Positions 25,794 to 38,779 of a stretch of DNA of 64,000 nucleotides are shown here, one piece after another (position 1 is the stretch's first letter; each line of letters opens with the position of its first letter). The position numbers and the translations under genes were made by a program. The notes below the pieces were generated by a model. That model did no database searches. It had not been told where the DNA came from and saw only the letters and a list, made by a program, of their open reading frames with translations. Source of the stretch: Octopus bimaculoides (taxonomy: Eukaryota). The stretch spans positions 137,199,103 through 137,263,102 of the forward strand of contig NC_068982.1 in NCBI RefSeq assembly GCF_001194135.2, given 5' to 3'.

Positions 25794-26819
25794 NNNNNNN
25801 NNNNNNNNNNNNNNNNNNNNNNNNNNNNNNNNNNNNNNNNNNNNNNNNNNNNNNNNNNNNNNNNNNNNNNNNNNNNNNNNNNNNNNNNNNNNNNNNNNNN
25901 NNNNNNNNNNNNNNNNNNNNNNNNNNNNNNNNNNNNNNNNNNNNNNNNNNNNNNNNNNNNNNNNNNNNNNNNNNNNNNNNNNNNNNNNNNNNNNNNNNNN
26001 NNNNNNNNNNNNNNNNNNNNNNNNNNNNNNNNNNNNNNNNNNNNNNNNNNNNNNNNNNNNNNNNNNNNNNNNNNNNNNNNNNNNNNNNNNNNNNNNNNNN
26101 NNNNNNNNNNNNNNNNNNNNNNNNNNNNNNNNNNNNNNNNNNNNNNNNNNNNNNNNNNNNNNNNNNNNNNNNNNNNNNNNNNNNNNNNNNNNNNNNNNNN
26201 NNNNNNNNNNNNNNNNNNNNNNNNNNNNNNNNNNNNNNNNNNNNNNNNNNNNNNNNNNNNNNNNNNNNNNNNNNNNNNNNNNNNNNNNNNNNNNNNNNNN
26301 NNNNNNNNNNNNNNNNNNNNNNNNNNNNNNNNNNNNNNNNNNNNNNNNNNNNNNNNNNNNNNNNNNNNNNNNNNNNNNNNNNNNNNNNNNNNNNNNNNNN
26401 NNNNNNNNNNNNNNNNNNNNNNNNNNNNNNNNNNNNNNNNNNNNNNNNNNNNNNNNNNNNNNNNNNNNNNNNNNNNNNNNNNNNNNNNNNNNNNNNNNNN
26501 NNNNNNNNNNNNNNNNNNNNNNNNNNNNNNNNNNNNNNNNNNNNNNNNNNNNNNNNNNNNNNNNNNNNNNCTTTTATGATATCACACTACAATAAGGACA
26601 GTGAGAAATCCATTACATGGATAGGAATAGCAACCAAATTTTCCTGAAATCATGCCCTACAACCTCTGACAAGATTAAAGGCAATTATCTGGAAATACAA
26701 AAATGCTTTTAATTAGAGATCTGCTTAATCAGGCCTGAAACAAGAGCAGCTACCATGCTACAATATAATTAAACTGAGCCACAATATTTTAATGCTGTTA
26801 TTACACAGTTTTTTGTTAT

Positions 26820-27435
26820 TTGTATTTGTTTCAGTCATTTGACTGCAGCCATGCTGGAGCACTGCCTTTAGACGAACAAATCGACCCCAGAGCTTATTCT
26901 TTGTAAGCCTAGTACTTATTTCTATCGGTCTGTTTTGCTGAACTGCTGAGTTACAGGGAAGTAAACACGCCAACATTGGTTGTCAAGTGATGGTAGGGAC
27001 AGACACATATACATATATATATCATCATCATCTAACGTCCGCTTTCCATGCTAGCATGGGTTGGACGATTTGACTGGGGACTGGAGAACCAGATGGCTAC
27101 ACCAGGCTCCAATCTGATCTGGCAGATTTTCTACAGCTGTATGCCCTTCCTAACCCCAACCACTCCGAGAGTGTAGTGGGTGCATTTTACGTGCCACTGG
27201 CACGGAAGCGAGGCCACTGCTCTGGCAGTGATCCCGCTCGGTTGGTGTTGTTAGCGCTCCACTGGCACAGGTGCCAGTCATTGATTTTGGTTCAGTTTCG
27301 ATCTCACTTGCCCCAACAGGTCTTTACAAGCTGAGTTTAGTGTCCAATGAAGGAAGGTTGGCATGGATGCCATATATAAACAGGCTTCTTTCAGTTTCCA
27401 TCTACCAAATTCATTCAGAAGGCTTTGGTCAGCAT
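26820..27435 (-). mobile_element. SINE family A interrupted by an RTE 3' UTR fragment (27022-27371)
   Basis: A tail, atatata, (CAT)n RTE-UTR, atatata, A head (acaggcttctttcagtttcc). Confidence 0.85.
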
Positions 27436-29872
27436 GCATTTGTTAACATATAGATGTGTATTTTAATATATAAGGTTCCAGATAGTATCTTTATAGTCAG
27501 TTGGAAAGAGAGACATGTATCAATGATGCCCATAACTTGTGTGGTACCAGAAGATGTCAGGCACATAATTACTTTTTTTTGATAAATCATTCACTTTTGA
27601 TAAATTGTTAGTTTCCATGTATTTACATTATTACACACATCACACGTCCTTTATTGTCGTTTATTGACTACATTAAGATAGTAAACAGAATATTAGACAT
27701 TTCAGTTTTCAAGCAGACATTGGTTGTAAATCACTTTTATGATGAATAACCGATTAAAAATTCTAATCATAGATTCTTAAAAATAGAATTTACAGATTTA
27801 ACCGTGCAACTAGTCAACTACATGTTAATCTACATGGAAGTAGTACACTTCTGTGAGTTTATATAGCAGGGTTAAGGCATTAGAGGAAGATGTGTGTACA
27901 TGTAGCAAAGACAATAAGGGATTTTTTTTTTTTTTATTTCATTAATTTTCTTGAACTACGGATGTCATACGTACTATTTCAGTTTGTGGTCTTGCATCCA
28001 CTGGGAGCTATATCTCTTGTAGGAATTGTCTTTTCCTTACTATTTATGAACAAGACAGGGACATTATTTGAATTTGCTTCAAGAAATTCTACTGGTTTCA
28101 CTGACAATATGAATTTGGTAGGTTCACAATAACATAAACCATCATGTCAGGCACAAGTATTCTACCACTTGTATGTTCAAACCAACCAGATCCAGCCTGT
28201 CACACCTATCCTGTAGTGCCATTCTAAAAATAAACAGTCATATCATTGAAATGTCAAAACTACCAGATAATATGTGATTAATTCTAATCAAGGTGAATAA
28301 ACAAACATTACATCTGACATAGTAATCTGAAAGCTAAGGGTTGGTTTTATCACGTGGATGGCAATTGGTGCAGACTCACTGCACTTCTTGGACAGAAAAA
28401 TGGAAGATTGTGTACTGTTGTAAAATGAAGCATTTTCTTATATCAGAATCTACTAAAGAATTATTTAGTAATCTTAAATAATTAATAAAGTAATAACACA
28501 GACATGTGACAAATGAAAAGCCGAAAAATTCTCTGAGCTAAGCCTGTAGTTGATGGAAAATTTCAATTTTCCTCTGTAGAATGAAACGGATCTTTAATCT
28601 ATCATTAAATTAAAATATCTTGTGAGGAAATGTTTCCATTTTGTCACAGCATCTATATCTGTTTCAGCTTTTTTATTTTATTTTTTTTTTATCAATAATG
28701 TGGCAATATTTTTTTTTTTTTTTATCAGAATTGTTTAAAGATTTTTCAGAAAGACTTTGTCGCAAGTCTACCACCTTGTGATGTTGTTGCAGCAGCAGCT
28801 TCATTAGTAGCATCTATTTTGGTAGTAAAAGGCAAATCTTGATCAACAGCAGTTGCAGCTGCCTTATTAATATCATTTCTGTATATTAATATCATTTTTA
28901 ATGGAACCAATAAATTTCCTAGCATTCTTGAATAGAAGGAAATTTACACTGACTAATGGTTTGATTATCAAAAAGTAGGAAGGTATCCATTTGATGCAGA
29001 ACATAAAGGACCCAAGTACCTATTGTAATTTTTACTCTTTTGTGATATAGTTAGCTATTCAAGAGATCAAGGCATAAAAGCTTCATATGAAATTAGATAA
29101 CCTGAGTTTTCTTTAAGGCCCAATTATTATTCAGCAGTTTTAAAGGAATATAAAAAGTTGCTATGGTGCTCCACTATTATTTCACTACAAAATTATCCAA
29201 ATATAATAGATATTTTTTTTTTTTTAATTATTTCATTTATAAATTTATTAGCAGCTCACAAAAACACCATTCATGAGTTACATAGAATGTCTCAGTTACT
29301 TGGTATGCAGCTGAAAGTTTTTATCTCTTTGCTAAAGTTCTTATTGGCATTATAAGTGGTGGATGGGGGTAGGTCTTTTCTCAGGTATTATACCAGATTG
29401 ACAAATTGAGAAGCGGTACTACATCAATTTTGCTACAATATTACGTTTGGTTATATTGATTAGGTCATTGATATGAAAAACTGGGTAAGTGTCAAGTTAT
29501 GTGAAATGATTGATAGATTGAGAGAAATTTTCAGTCCTCAACAAAACCTGTGTCCACAATAATGATGAATTGCTTAGTTCTTTGATACCATCTCTTAAAA
29601 ATTATGAAGTTTTTCGTTCTTTATCTTCCACACAATACTCAGCAAGCTGTAGTTGCAAAAGATTTGCAATTAGGAGTGAGATAATGAAAAGTTTAGCAGG
29701 TTTCTCAGTCACATGTTGCTGAGTAAGATCACATATTAAAGAAACTGCTTTTTTTTTTGTCATTTATCTTTTCTATGTAATTTCAAAAAGGCACATCAAG
29801 AATCACTTTAGTACAGCGATAGAAGAAAAGAAAGCGCTATGCCAGTATAACTAAAATATTTTTTACAGAGTG

Positions 29873-30201
29873 ACGCAGGAGTGGCTGTGTGGTAAGTAGC
29901 TTGCTTACCAACCATATGGTTCCAGGTTCAGTCCCACTGCGTGGCACCTTGGGCAAGTGTCTTCTACTATAGCCTCAGGCCGACCAGAGTCTTGTGAGTG
30001 GATTTGGTAGACAGAAACTGAAAGAAGTCCGTTGTATATATGTATCATCATCATCATCATCATCGTTTAACGTCCGCTTTCCATGCTAGCATGGGTTGGA
30101 CGATTTGACTGAGGACTGGTGAAACCGGATGGCAACACCAGGCTCCAGTCTAATTTGGCAGTTTCTACAGCTGGATGCCCTTCCTAACGCCAACCACTCA
30201 G

Positions 30202-30248
<47 letters not shown>

Positions 30249-30790
30249 ATTTGTGTGTCTGTGTTTGTCCCCCCACCATCGCTTGACAACCGATGGTGGT
30301 GTGTTTATGTCCCCGTAACTTAGCGGTTTGGCAAAAAAAGGCCGTAGAATAAGTACTAGGCTTCCAAAGAATAAGTCCTGGGGTCGATTTGCTCAACTAA
30401 AGGCAGTGCTCCAGCATGGCCACAGTCAAATGACTGAAACAAGTAAAGAGATGCAAGCATGGTTCCAGGTTTAGTCCCACTGCATGGCAACTTGAGCAGG
30501 TGTCTTCTACTATAGACTTGGACCAACCAAAGCCTTGTGAGTGGATTCAGTAGATGGAAACTGAAAGAAACCCATCATATACACATATATCTGTGTGTGT
30601 GTCTTTATGTTTGTTTGTCTCCCCACAACCGCTTGACAACCAGTGCTGGTGTGTTTATATCTCTGTAACTTAGCAGTTTAGCAAAAGGAAACTGATAGAA
30701 TAAGTACCAGACTTCAAAAAGTAAGTACTGGGACTGATAGATTCTTCAAGGCATGGTTGCAGTCTAATGACTCAAACAAGTAAATGATAA
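29873..30790 (+). mobile_element. SINE family A (29873-30450) with antisense RTE-UTR insert (30045-30203), followed by a second A copy (30451-30790)
   Basis: gcaggagtggctgtgtggtaagtagc head; insert within (TA)/(TG)n; tail gactgaaacaagtaaagag. Confidence 0.88.
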
Positions 30791-31262
30791 AAGATATATT
30801 TTAATAATGCAGATTCCATTAATTCTACCAGGAGTTCAGAATTAATCATGGAAACAGAATTTGTTTTGGATTTATTTCCAGGTTGAATTGATTAGCTAAT
30901 TTTTGACAGATGCAATTATGAGACAGGCTTGTATTTATGAGAATTTCAGTTACCTTGTCATTAATTTTCTGTATTATCATGAGTGTAAGAGGCCTTAGAG
31001 TAGAACGTACAATTGCCAGCAAAATAAACGAAGATTGTATAACCCAAGATGATGGTTTAGAGTCTAATATAGAAGTGTGTCCAGCAGAATGGCAGACAAT
31101 AATTCAGGGCCCTGCTCTTTTGTACTTTTAACCTATTTGTTTTTTAGCTGGACATGAAACATAAGTGAATCTTTTGAGTTTGCTCCATATGAAGCATGTT
31201 TTCAAAGTTTTAGGGTTTATTATGGCAAATTATTTAAATTTACCACTTAAAATTGCCTTGTT

Positions 31263-31545
31263 GATATCAAAGGGTCTTGTCCAAGTGTGAGGTGGATGTC
31301 AGCACCTGGGAAGAGAGGGCTGAGGACAGAACAACATGGAGGACCGTGGTGAAGGAAGGAACTGCTTCACTAGAGAGCAGCTACAGAAACAAATAAGTTG
31401 AGAAGCGTCGGTGGTGAAAGAAAAACAACAGAAATGCAGAGCGCTGAGCCACCATTTTGGTATGCAAGTACTGTGACAGAAGCTGCGCTTCAATCATAGG
31501 AAGAATCAGCCATGAAAGAAGCTGCAAGAAAGGGAGCCCCTGATA
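31263..31545 (+). mobile_element. 3' fragment of an RTE-BovB-like LINE ORF with C-terminal CxxC...HxxxC zinc-finger motif
   Basis: VSTWEERAEDRTTWRTVVKEG...EKRR (stops, frameshift)...CKYCDRSCASIIGRISHERSC, the typical RTE/BovB pattern WExxAxDRxxWR...CxxCxRxCxSxIGxxSHxRxC. Confidence 0.8.
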
Positions 31546-31889
31546 TGTTCGATTAAGTGACCTCTAAGCTAAATTGACCGTCTGCATAGATGAAAAGGGC
31601 CAATTATTATACAAATGCAACAGGCATTTAATACACTTCTACATTAAGTTGAGCTTTTTCCAAAGACCTAGCCTGTTGGGTGACACTATCCAGTATTAAG
31701 GTTTGATTCTCTTGTAGTCTGGTCTCCTGAATCAATCTTTTATAAATGAGGATTTATTTTCTTCAAGCAGAAGGTATAAGAGACATAACTGCTTTTATAG
31801 ATAAATAGCTCTTACTATCACAATATGCTCGTGCATATGTGATTACATGTGTGAATTGATACTTGTTAATGTATTTTTATACACATATA

Positions 31890-32142
31890 CTGTGCAGGTG
31901 GCACGTAAAATACACCATTTTGAGCATGGCCGTTGCCAGTACCGCCTGACTGGCCTTTGTGCCGGTAGCACGTAAAAGCATCCACTACACTCTTGGAATG
32001 GTTGGCGTTAGGAAGGGCATCCAGCTGTAGAAACTCTGCCAAATCAGATTGGAGCCTGGTGTAGCCATCTGGTTCGCCAGTCCTCAGTCAAATCGTCCAA
32101 CCCATGCTAGCATGGAAAGCAGACGTTAAATGATGATGATGA
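31890..32142 (+). mobile_element. RTE 3' UTR copy
   Basis: gtggcacgtaaaa units, conserved block and (GAT)n tail. Confidence 0.88.
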
Positions 32143-33084
32143 TATGATTCATCAACACACACATGCATACATATTCATCAGCATGTATACAAACATAAAT
32201 ATTGATACAGAGGTGCATGTGCACACATATACACTCACCAGCATGCATAGATGAGTAAGTAAATGAACTCTGTTGCTTATATGTAATTATAGAAGTGTTT
32301 AGACTTCAGGCAGTTATCACTGGAACAAATCACACTACAGCAACAGAATTTCTATTGTTTACATGTGTAAGTTTACAATCCATAATCAGTAAAATATACA
32401 TGAAATTAGTTTTGTGTTGGAATTTAAACTCAGCTCTGTAATCAAATATGGAAACAAAATGACCAAGTATGTATTGTCTAAGATCACTGTCCTGCGGGTT
32501 ATTTCACCTTGTATTTTAGCTAGACCTTTTTATTTTCCATATCTGTCACCTAGATATTGTAATTAGATAGCAGTGTTATTTGCAATAGACTCCGATCTTT
32601 GCTGCAGGGAGTATTGTTTCATTTCCTATACTGAAGTTAAGTACTAATTTGTGAGATATAAAATGAAGCATCTGGAAGGTTCTTTTATTTAAGTGTTCTA
32701 ATACAAACTCAATACTTGTCTGTGCTACAACAAAAGCTGTCGTTGTTTGGAACCTAATTTTTAGTAAAGTAGATCTGTAAATAAATTCGGTTTCCTTGCC
32801 TGAGGATTCAGCCTGGCAACAAGATCAGAAATTAACAGGAATGAGAGATTAATAGTGCATTTAACTTGACCACTAGAATATCAAATATATTATGTCTCTT
32901 AGGGAAGATTTAGCTTTCAGTACCTCAAACTACTTTGGTACAAGTAAGTACCACATAGTGGTATAATTCTCAATAGAAACACTTCAAAGGGTTTCTTGGC
33001 TTCTTGTCACTTTATCTTATTACTTAGGCAACATGTTGAATAGATAAAATGGAACTGATTCATGAAAAGTGGCTTGAATGAAAT

Positions 33085-33540
33085 GTATATGGAAGAAGTT
33101 GTGGGAATTGAGCAGTGTGCTTATGAGTAGGGAAATGAAGGTGAAACTAAAGGAAAAGATGTGTACGGCATGTCTGAGAAGTGCTACAATTTATGGGAAG
33201 GCAACATGAATAATGAACATCAGCAGTAGAAACGGTTGGAAAGAATGGAAACAAATGGTTCAGTGAATGACCAGAGCGTTGGTGGAGGGCAGAGAGAGAG
33301 AGAGAGTGAGAGAAAGGGAGGAAAACTGAATGTCAACAATAGAGTTGGTGATGGATGGTGTGAAAAGAAATGGAATGAAATGGCTGAGTCATGTGCAGAG
33401 GAAAGGTTATAGTGACCAGGTAAGTGGAGTGTGGAATGGAAAATAGAAAGGGAAGATTGAAATAGATGTGGTTAAAGATGATGGAGGAGGAAATGAGAAC
33501 AAGTGAGTTGGTGAAGATAGAGTAAATGAAGTCGATTTTA
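33085..33540 (+). mobile_element. Decayed RTE ORF C-terminal fragment
   Basis: WKKLWELSSVLMSREMKVKLKEKMCTACLRSATIYGKAT* (=W.KFREL...LKG.LY.ACVRS.MLYGSETW) and WLSHVQRK (=RWxGHVxR). Confidence 0.7.
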
Positions 33541-33872
33541 ATAGGGTCTGTGAGGCCTTTTACTCTGTTCTTGCAGGGTAGTATGCCTTAAGATATTTTT
33601 TGCGTGTTGTCTGGTTTTGCTTGCAGAAAAGTTATCGGCAGTATACTAGCATCTTATTCAGGAAGAAATTTCTTCTAATTAACTCCACACAAATCAGATA
33701 TTTTAATCTGGAAGACCATGAAGTTTCTCAGGTCTTTTGAAATATCATGAACTTTAGACATAGAATAGTATATCTTAATATCCAGTATTCATCTAAAGCG
33801 AATTTTGTGTCTTAAAAAACAAATCAGAAAAGTAAAAGTATTGAAACAAGATGCTAGATTTTTTCCTATAGT

Positions 33873-33965
33873 AGCTATAGCAGAAGACACTTGCCCAAGG
33901 TGCCACACAGTGGGATTGAACCCGGAACCATGTGGTTGGTACTTACCACACAGCCACTCCTGCGT
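33873..33965 (-). mobile_element. SINE family A head fragment
   Basis: gaagacacttgcccaaggtgccacacagtgggattgaacccggaacc...cacagccactcctgcg. Confidence 0.85.
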
Positions 33966-35043
33966 TTATGTTTATTTCCCAGAGCTCATTCCAGCCACTC
34001 ATAGCAGGATTTGAACTTCGAACAAACTTGATCATGCATGCCGCCATCAAAACAGCATTTTGAAGTGTGTCTTTGTTTGTGTGTAAAAACAATGAAAATA
34101 CAACCTCTAGTAATATCTTTAAATCAGTAAAGCTCTCTTTTCTATAATGTAAGAGACTGGTTACATTCTGTCACATTTTCTTCTATGTAGTGTAGAGTGA
34201 TTGTACTTACATAAAAATCTGAATGGAAATTTAACATATTCTGGCAATATTAACATGATGTTACATTATGCTCTCAATGATTTTAAAGTGTTTTTTTTTT
34301 TTCTCCTATCCACATTATTTCTGTATATTTTTAAATTTCTTCATTTTGCTGTTATGGAAAACTTAAAACTAATGTTAATGATAAAATGCTTTCACAGACA
34401 ATAATCTTTTATATTTTTGTACATAGTGTTATATCTCTAACTTTCATCTGTAAAGTACTCTTGCATTATCTCTCCCACTCTATTTTTGTCTGTTACCTGT
34501 AGTTGACATGGAAACATTATTATATTCTAATATTAATGGCTACATATCACCATAGCATAATTGTACATTTAGTATTTTATGAATTCTTGAAATCAATTAT
34601 TTATTCTCTATATTCATTAAACAAAAAACTAATCTTAGCATGTTAGTGAAACACTGAAATGGCTCATGGAAATTTTGTTGCTTCAATATATTTTTCATGT
34701 TCTTTTAAGAGCTGATATTAATAATGAATCCATATAAAGTGCTATGTTTGCGGCAGGGAATCATTATCAGTTTTATTCTTTCAAATGAAGTGCTGAAAAC
34801 TTTCTGGCAAGAGGGAATACTTATATAGTTTTCATTTGATATCCAGTATTGTGAACAATAACATGGTTAGTTGCAGATTTCCTACTGGCTAATCACTGGT
34901 TCGTTAAATTTTTGAGAGTGAGAGGTGACAAGCAAGTTTGTGAAACTCAATACGGACATAGATACCTCAAAACACTTCATTCATAAAACCGTTTTCTTTT
35001 TTTTTTTTGTTTTTCAGTTTCCTACCTATATATNNNNNNNNNN

Positions 35044-35080
<37 letters not shown>

Positions 35081-35139
35081 TATATAGGCAAGTAGAGTTA
35101 GCGGTTGTAGTAACCAACTAAGGGATAAAAGTATCTGTG

Positions 35140-35526
35140 GCTCCCATGCTGGTGACATGTGAAAGGCACCATTCGAGCATGATTATTGCCAGTATCGCCT
35201 TACCGGCACATGTACTCGTGGCACATGAAAAACAACATTCAAGCGTAGTCGTTGCCAGTGCCGCCAAACTGGCTCCCGTGCAGGTAGCATGTAAAAACAC
35301 CTTTTGAGCATGGTCATTGCCAGTACCACCTAACTGGCCTTTGTGCCGGTGGCACGTAAAAGCACCCACTACACTCATGGAATGGTTGGCGTTAGGAAGG
35401 GCATCCAGCTGTAGAAACTTGGCAAGATCAGATTGAGCTTGGTTGAACCTCTGGCTCACCAGTCCTCAGTCAAACTGTCCAACCCATGCCAGCATGGAAA
35501 GCGGACGTAAAACGACGATGATGATG
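35140..35526 (+). mobile_element. RTE 3' UTR copy with minisatellite array
   Basis: Repeated gtggcacgtaaaagcacc units; ends catggaaagcggacgtaaaacgacgatgatgatg. Confidence 0.88.
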
Positions 35527-35702
35527 TCTATTGGTATCAGTTACCTGGGCATGGGCATGCAGGCACACTATGCTCATAGGGTACAGGTAACAACAGAATA
35601 GAAATGTTCTGTCATGTTTTGTATTAAAAAATAATCTACTGATGTAGATATATATCCTTCAGTTATTTACATTGGTAAAAGATGTATACATACACACTTA
35701 CA

Positions 35703-36060
35703 GCATCATTACCATTATTGTTGTTTTGACATCCTCGTTTCCATGCCCTCCATTTCCAATTTTCTGTCAGAATATGTTTGGCCATGGGGAAATATTACCT
35801 TTCTTGAAAATGGGTGAGAGTTGGTGACATGGAGGGCAAGTTACATGATGTCAAGCCAAGGCAGTGCAAACATGCACATACACATATATATACGATGGAC
35901 TTTTTCCAATTTCTGCCTACCAAATCCACTCACAGGGCTTTGGTCAGTCCAAAGCTGCAGTAAAAGACACTTGCCCAAGGTACCACCTTCAGTAGAATTG
36001 AACTCAACACTATATGGTGGTTGAGAAGCAAATTTCTTAACAACACAGCCACACTTGCCC
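35703..36060 (-). mobile_element. Chimeric SINE (A head plus F body) with an internally inverted segment
   Basis: Antisense tail, sense-oriented F body 35754-35828, antisense F remnant, (CA/TA)n, A head. Confidence 0.7.
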
Positions 36061-36873
36061 CTGTGTGTGACAAACGTCTAAACAGTTTCCATCTACCAAA
36101 TTCCACTCTCAAGGTGTAGGTCAGTTTAAAGTTGTTGTAGCAGACACCCAAGGTGCTGTGGAATCACACCTGGAACCCCAGTTATCACAAAACAATTTTC
36201 TTAATATCATTTCCATATCGGTGCTGAAACTTATATAGAAAGGCAGTTATTTTGTCATCTAAATTACAAAATTATAGTTTAGATTAATGCAGTTTCAAAT
36301 AAAAGTTATCTATTTTGGTAGTGTTTGCAACTAATTAATAAAAGAGACTCAAATCTAAAAGGTTGCTAGTCATACATACAGAAGTATTGAAATCAGGCAA
36401 TCATAAAGATAATGATCCTAGAATTAACCATTTTTGAAAACGGTTGAATTGTAATTAAAAGTATAAAAGAAGAAAAAATATTGATCCAGCACGTGAAAGC
36501 AGTTGGATATAAAAAGTGCAATTTTTTTTTTTTTCTAATTGGTTGAATAATTCTTTAATTTTTTTACTAATCATCCATGATTTGATCTCCACTGCTCTGT
36601 TACTTTAGTTTTATGACTACAGTTCACTCTTATGAATATGTTATGGAAATTGTGATTAATAAAGTTGTACTACTATCTGCATTCAACAGCAATTCATTAA
36701 TTGTTGATCCAGGTAACATGGTACACTAAATGCAAGTCATGTTGTACTTTTCACAAATTGGTCAACATGTGGCAGTCAGTTAAAGATTCTACTTTGACTG
36801 CAAAAGCCTACCCCAACAACCATCCACGATTCTCTGAACTTAGGGACCTCAGAACAACGCCTATTTTTACTAT

Positions 36874-37115
36874 CATCATCATCATCATTTAACATCCGTT
36901 TTCCATGCTAGCATGGGTTGGACGGTATGACTGGGGACTGGCGAACTGGACTGACTCCTGTGCAGGTGGCATGTAAAAACACCATTTGAGCATGGCTGTT
37001 GCCAGTACCACCGGACTAACCTTCGTGCCAGTAGCACGTAAAAAGCACCCACTATACTCTTGGAGTGGTTGGCGTTTGGAAGGACATCCAGCTGTAGAAA
37101 CTCTGCCAGATCAGA
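36874..37115 (-). mobile_element. RTE 3' UTR insertion with inverted 5' segment and 9-bp TSD
   Basis: TSD ttttactat at 36865-36873 and 37116-37124. Segments 36874-36946 and 36947-37115 are in opposite orientations. Confidence 0.85.
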
Positions 37116-37165
37116 TTTTACTATATGCTCTGTTATTCATTTATCACTGATTCATTTAACATAGT

Positions 37166-37550
37166 CATCACCATCATCGTTGTCATCGTTTAACATCCGT
37201 TTTCCATGCTGGCATGGGTTGGACGGTTTGACTGAGGATTGGCAAGCTAGGAGGCCACACCGGGCTCCAATCTGATCTAGCAGAGTTTCTACAGCTGGAT
37301 GCCCTTCTTAACGCCAACCACTCCGAGAGTGTAGTGGGTGCTTTTTATGTGCTACTGGCATAGGAGCCAGTCGGGGCAGCGGAGCTGGCATCAACCATGT
37401 TTGGATGGTGCTTTTTACATGTCACAGGCACGGGGAGCCAGTCAGGTGACATTGGCAACAACACATGCATGAATGGTGCTTATTGCATGCCACCAGCATG
37501 GGAGTCAGTCAGGTGGTACTGGCATCGGTCACAACTACAATTTCCATGGT
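37166..37550 (-). mobile_element. RTE 3' UTR copy with minisatellite array
   Basis: Standard conserved block plus gccagtc units. Confidence 0.85.
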
Positions 37551-38779
37551 GTTTTCCATTTCTCTTTTTTTAAGCCAAATTCCCGTGATAAAAGAGAATA
37601 GCTGTACTATGCATTTGCGTAGGTCGATGTGGGGCTGTTTAAAGGCTGGAGTTTCCATCAGTAGATAGCAACACTATATTGTATAATATTATCAACATTT
37701 TTATATAATTTGATTTAGTGTTTTGTTAATTTACTTTTAAATCCTGCATTGAAGATATGTTAATTCTAAAGACTTGATGGTTTTTGAATATCAAAAATTA
37801 TCTCAGTCAACAGTTAAATTATAAATGGAGATAAAATTTACGTCATTCATTTTTATTTACTGATTTCTCAGATATGTATGAAGCATGATATTTTTTTAAT
37901 AAAATTAAAGATTTTAGACATGTCATTTATCTATCTCGAAGACATTAACCAAAGTGGAATAGAAGCAGTTTGATGAACTGAGAATTAGAAAACATGCTGG
38001 CAAAATTTAAACCAGCAAGAATTTAACACTACTCCACAATACTGAAATTCATGGCAGTTATACAATTTAGTTATTTCTTAAATATCTTATATTAAACACT
38101 TAAAACAGACGTGTGTGTGTATGTGTGTAACACTTAAAATCTTTGTTACTATTTTGATTTTATGCTCTTATTTAAATCATGAAAGCAAAGTGGTTATATG
38201 TGTATATTAATGTTTTATATAACAGAAGATAGAAAAATGCATTTTCCTTTTGGTATGAACAAAATAAAATTACATTTATATTCATGATGTAAGAAAGCTT
38301 TTTACATTACAAAATTTGCTTTAAATTAATATATGAGTTTTGGGTGTATTTTTTTTTTAATAAAGGTAGATTTTGTTTTATATTTGTATGTTCTCTAATT
38401 TTTTTCCAATTAATTTTCTTTCTGTTATGGCTGATACAAACTGATATGTATATATTTATCTTGAGTTTGGTTTTCATGAAACATAAAAAAAAAAAAATAA
38501 CTGTAAAAACATTGCTATTGTACACATTAGTGGCTTCTTGTTATAAGAGCCTCACTTGGAGACAGATTTCAAATCATTTCAGTTACTTTTTTCTTGAAGC
38601 CTTACAATCACAATATAACAAAAACAGTGCCAAGAAAGATTGTTCTTTCCATCTTTGCTTCTTCGAAACCAAACTATATCTCTGAATTAAGATGCTAACA
38701 ATTTCACGAACATATTTCTAACAAAATACACTGCCTTTTTCTTTTCTTTTTTCATTTACTTTCCTTTGGAACTAATTAA

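Noticed and set aside
28750-28842. Ala-rich reading frame after an acceptor-like site
   Set aside because: Ends in a stop after 30 codons, has no good donor and no recognisable homology.
35521-35586. Met...RVQ followed by gtaaca as endophilin exon 1
   Set aside because: Starts within the (GAT)n tail of a repeat and has no similarity to the endophilin-B H0 helix.
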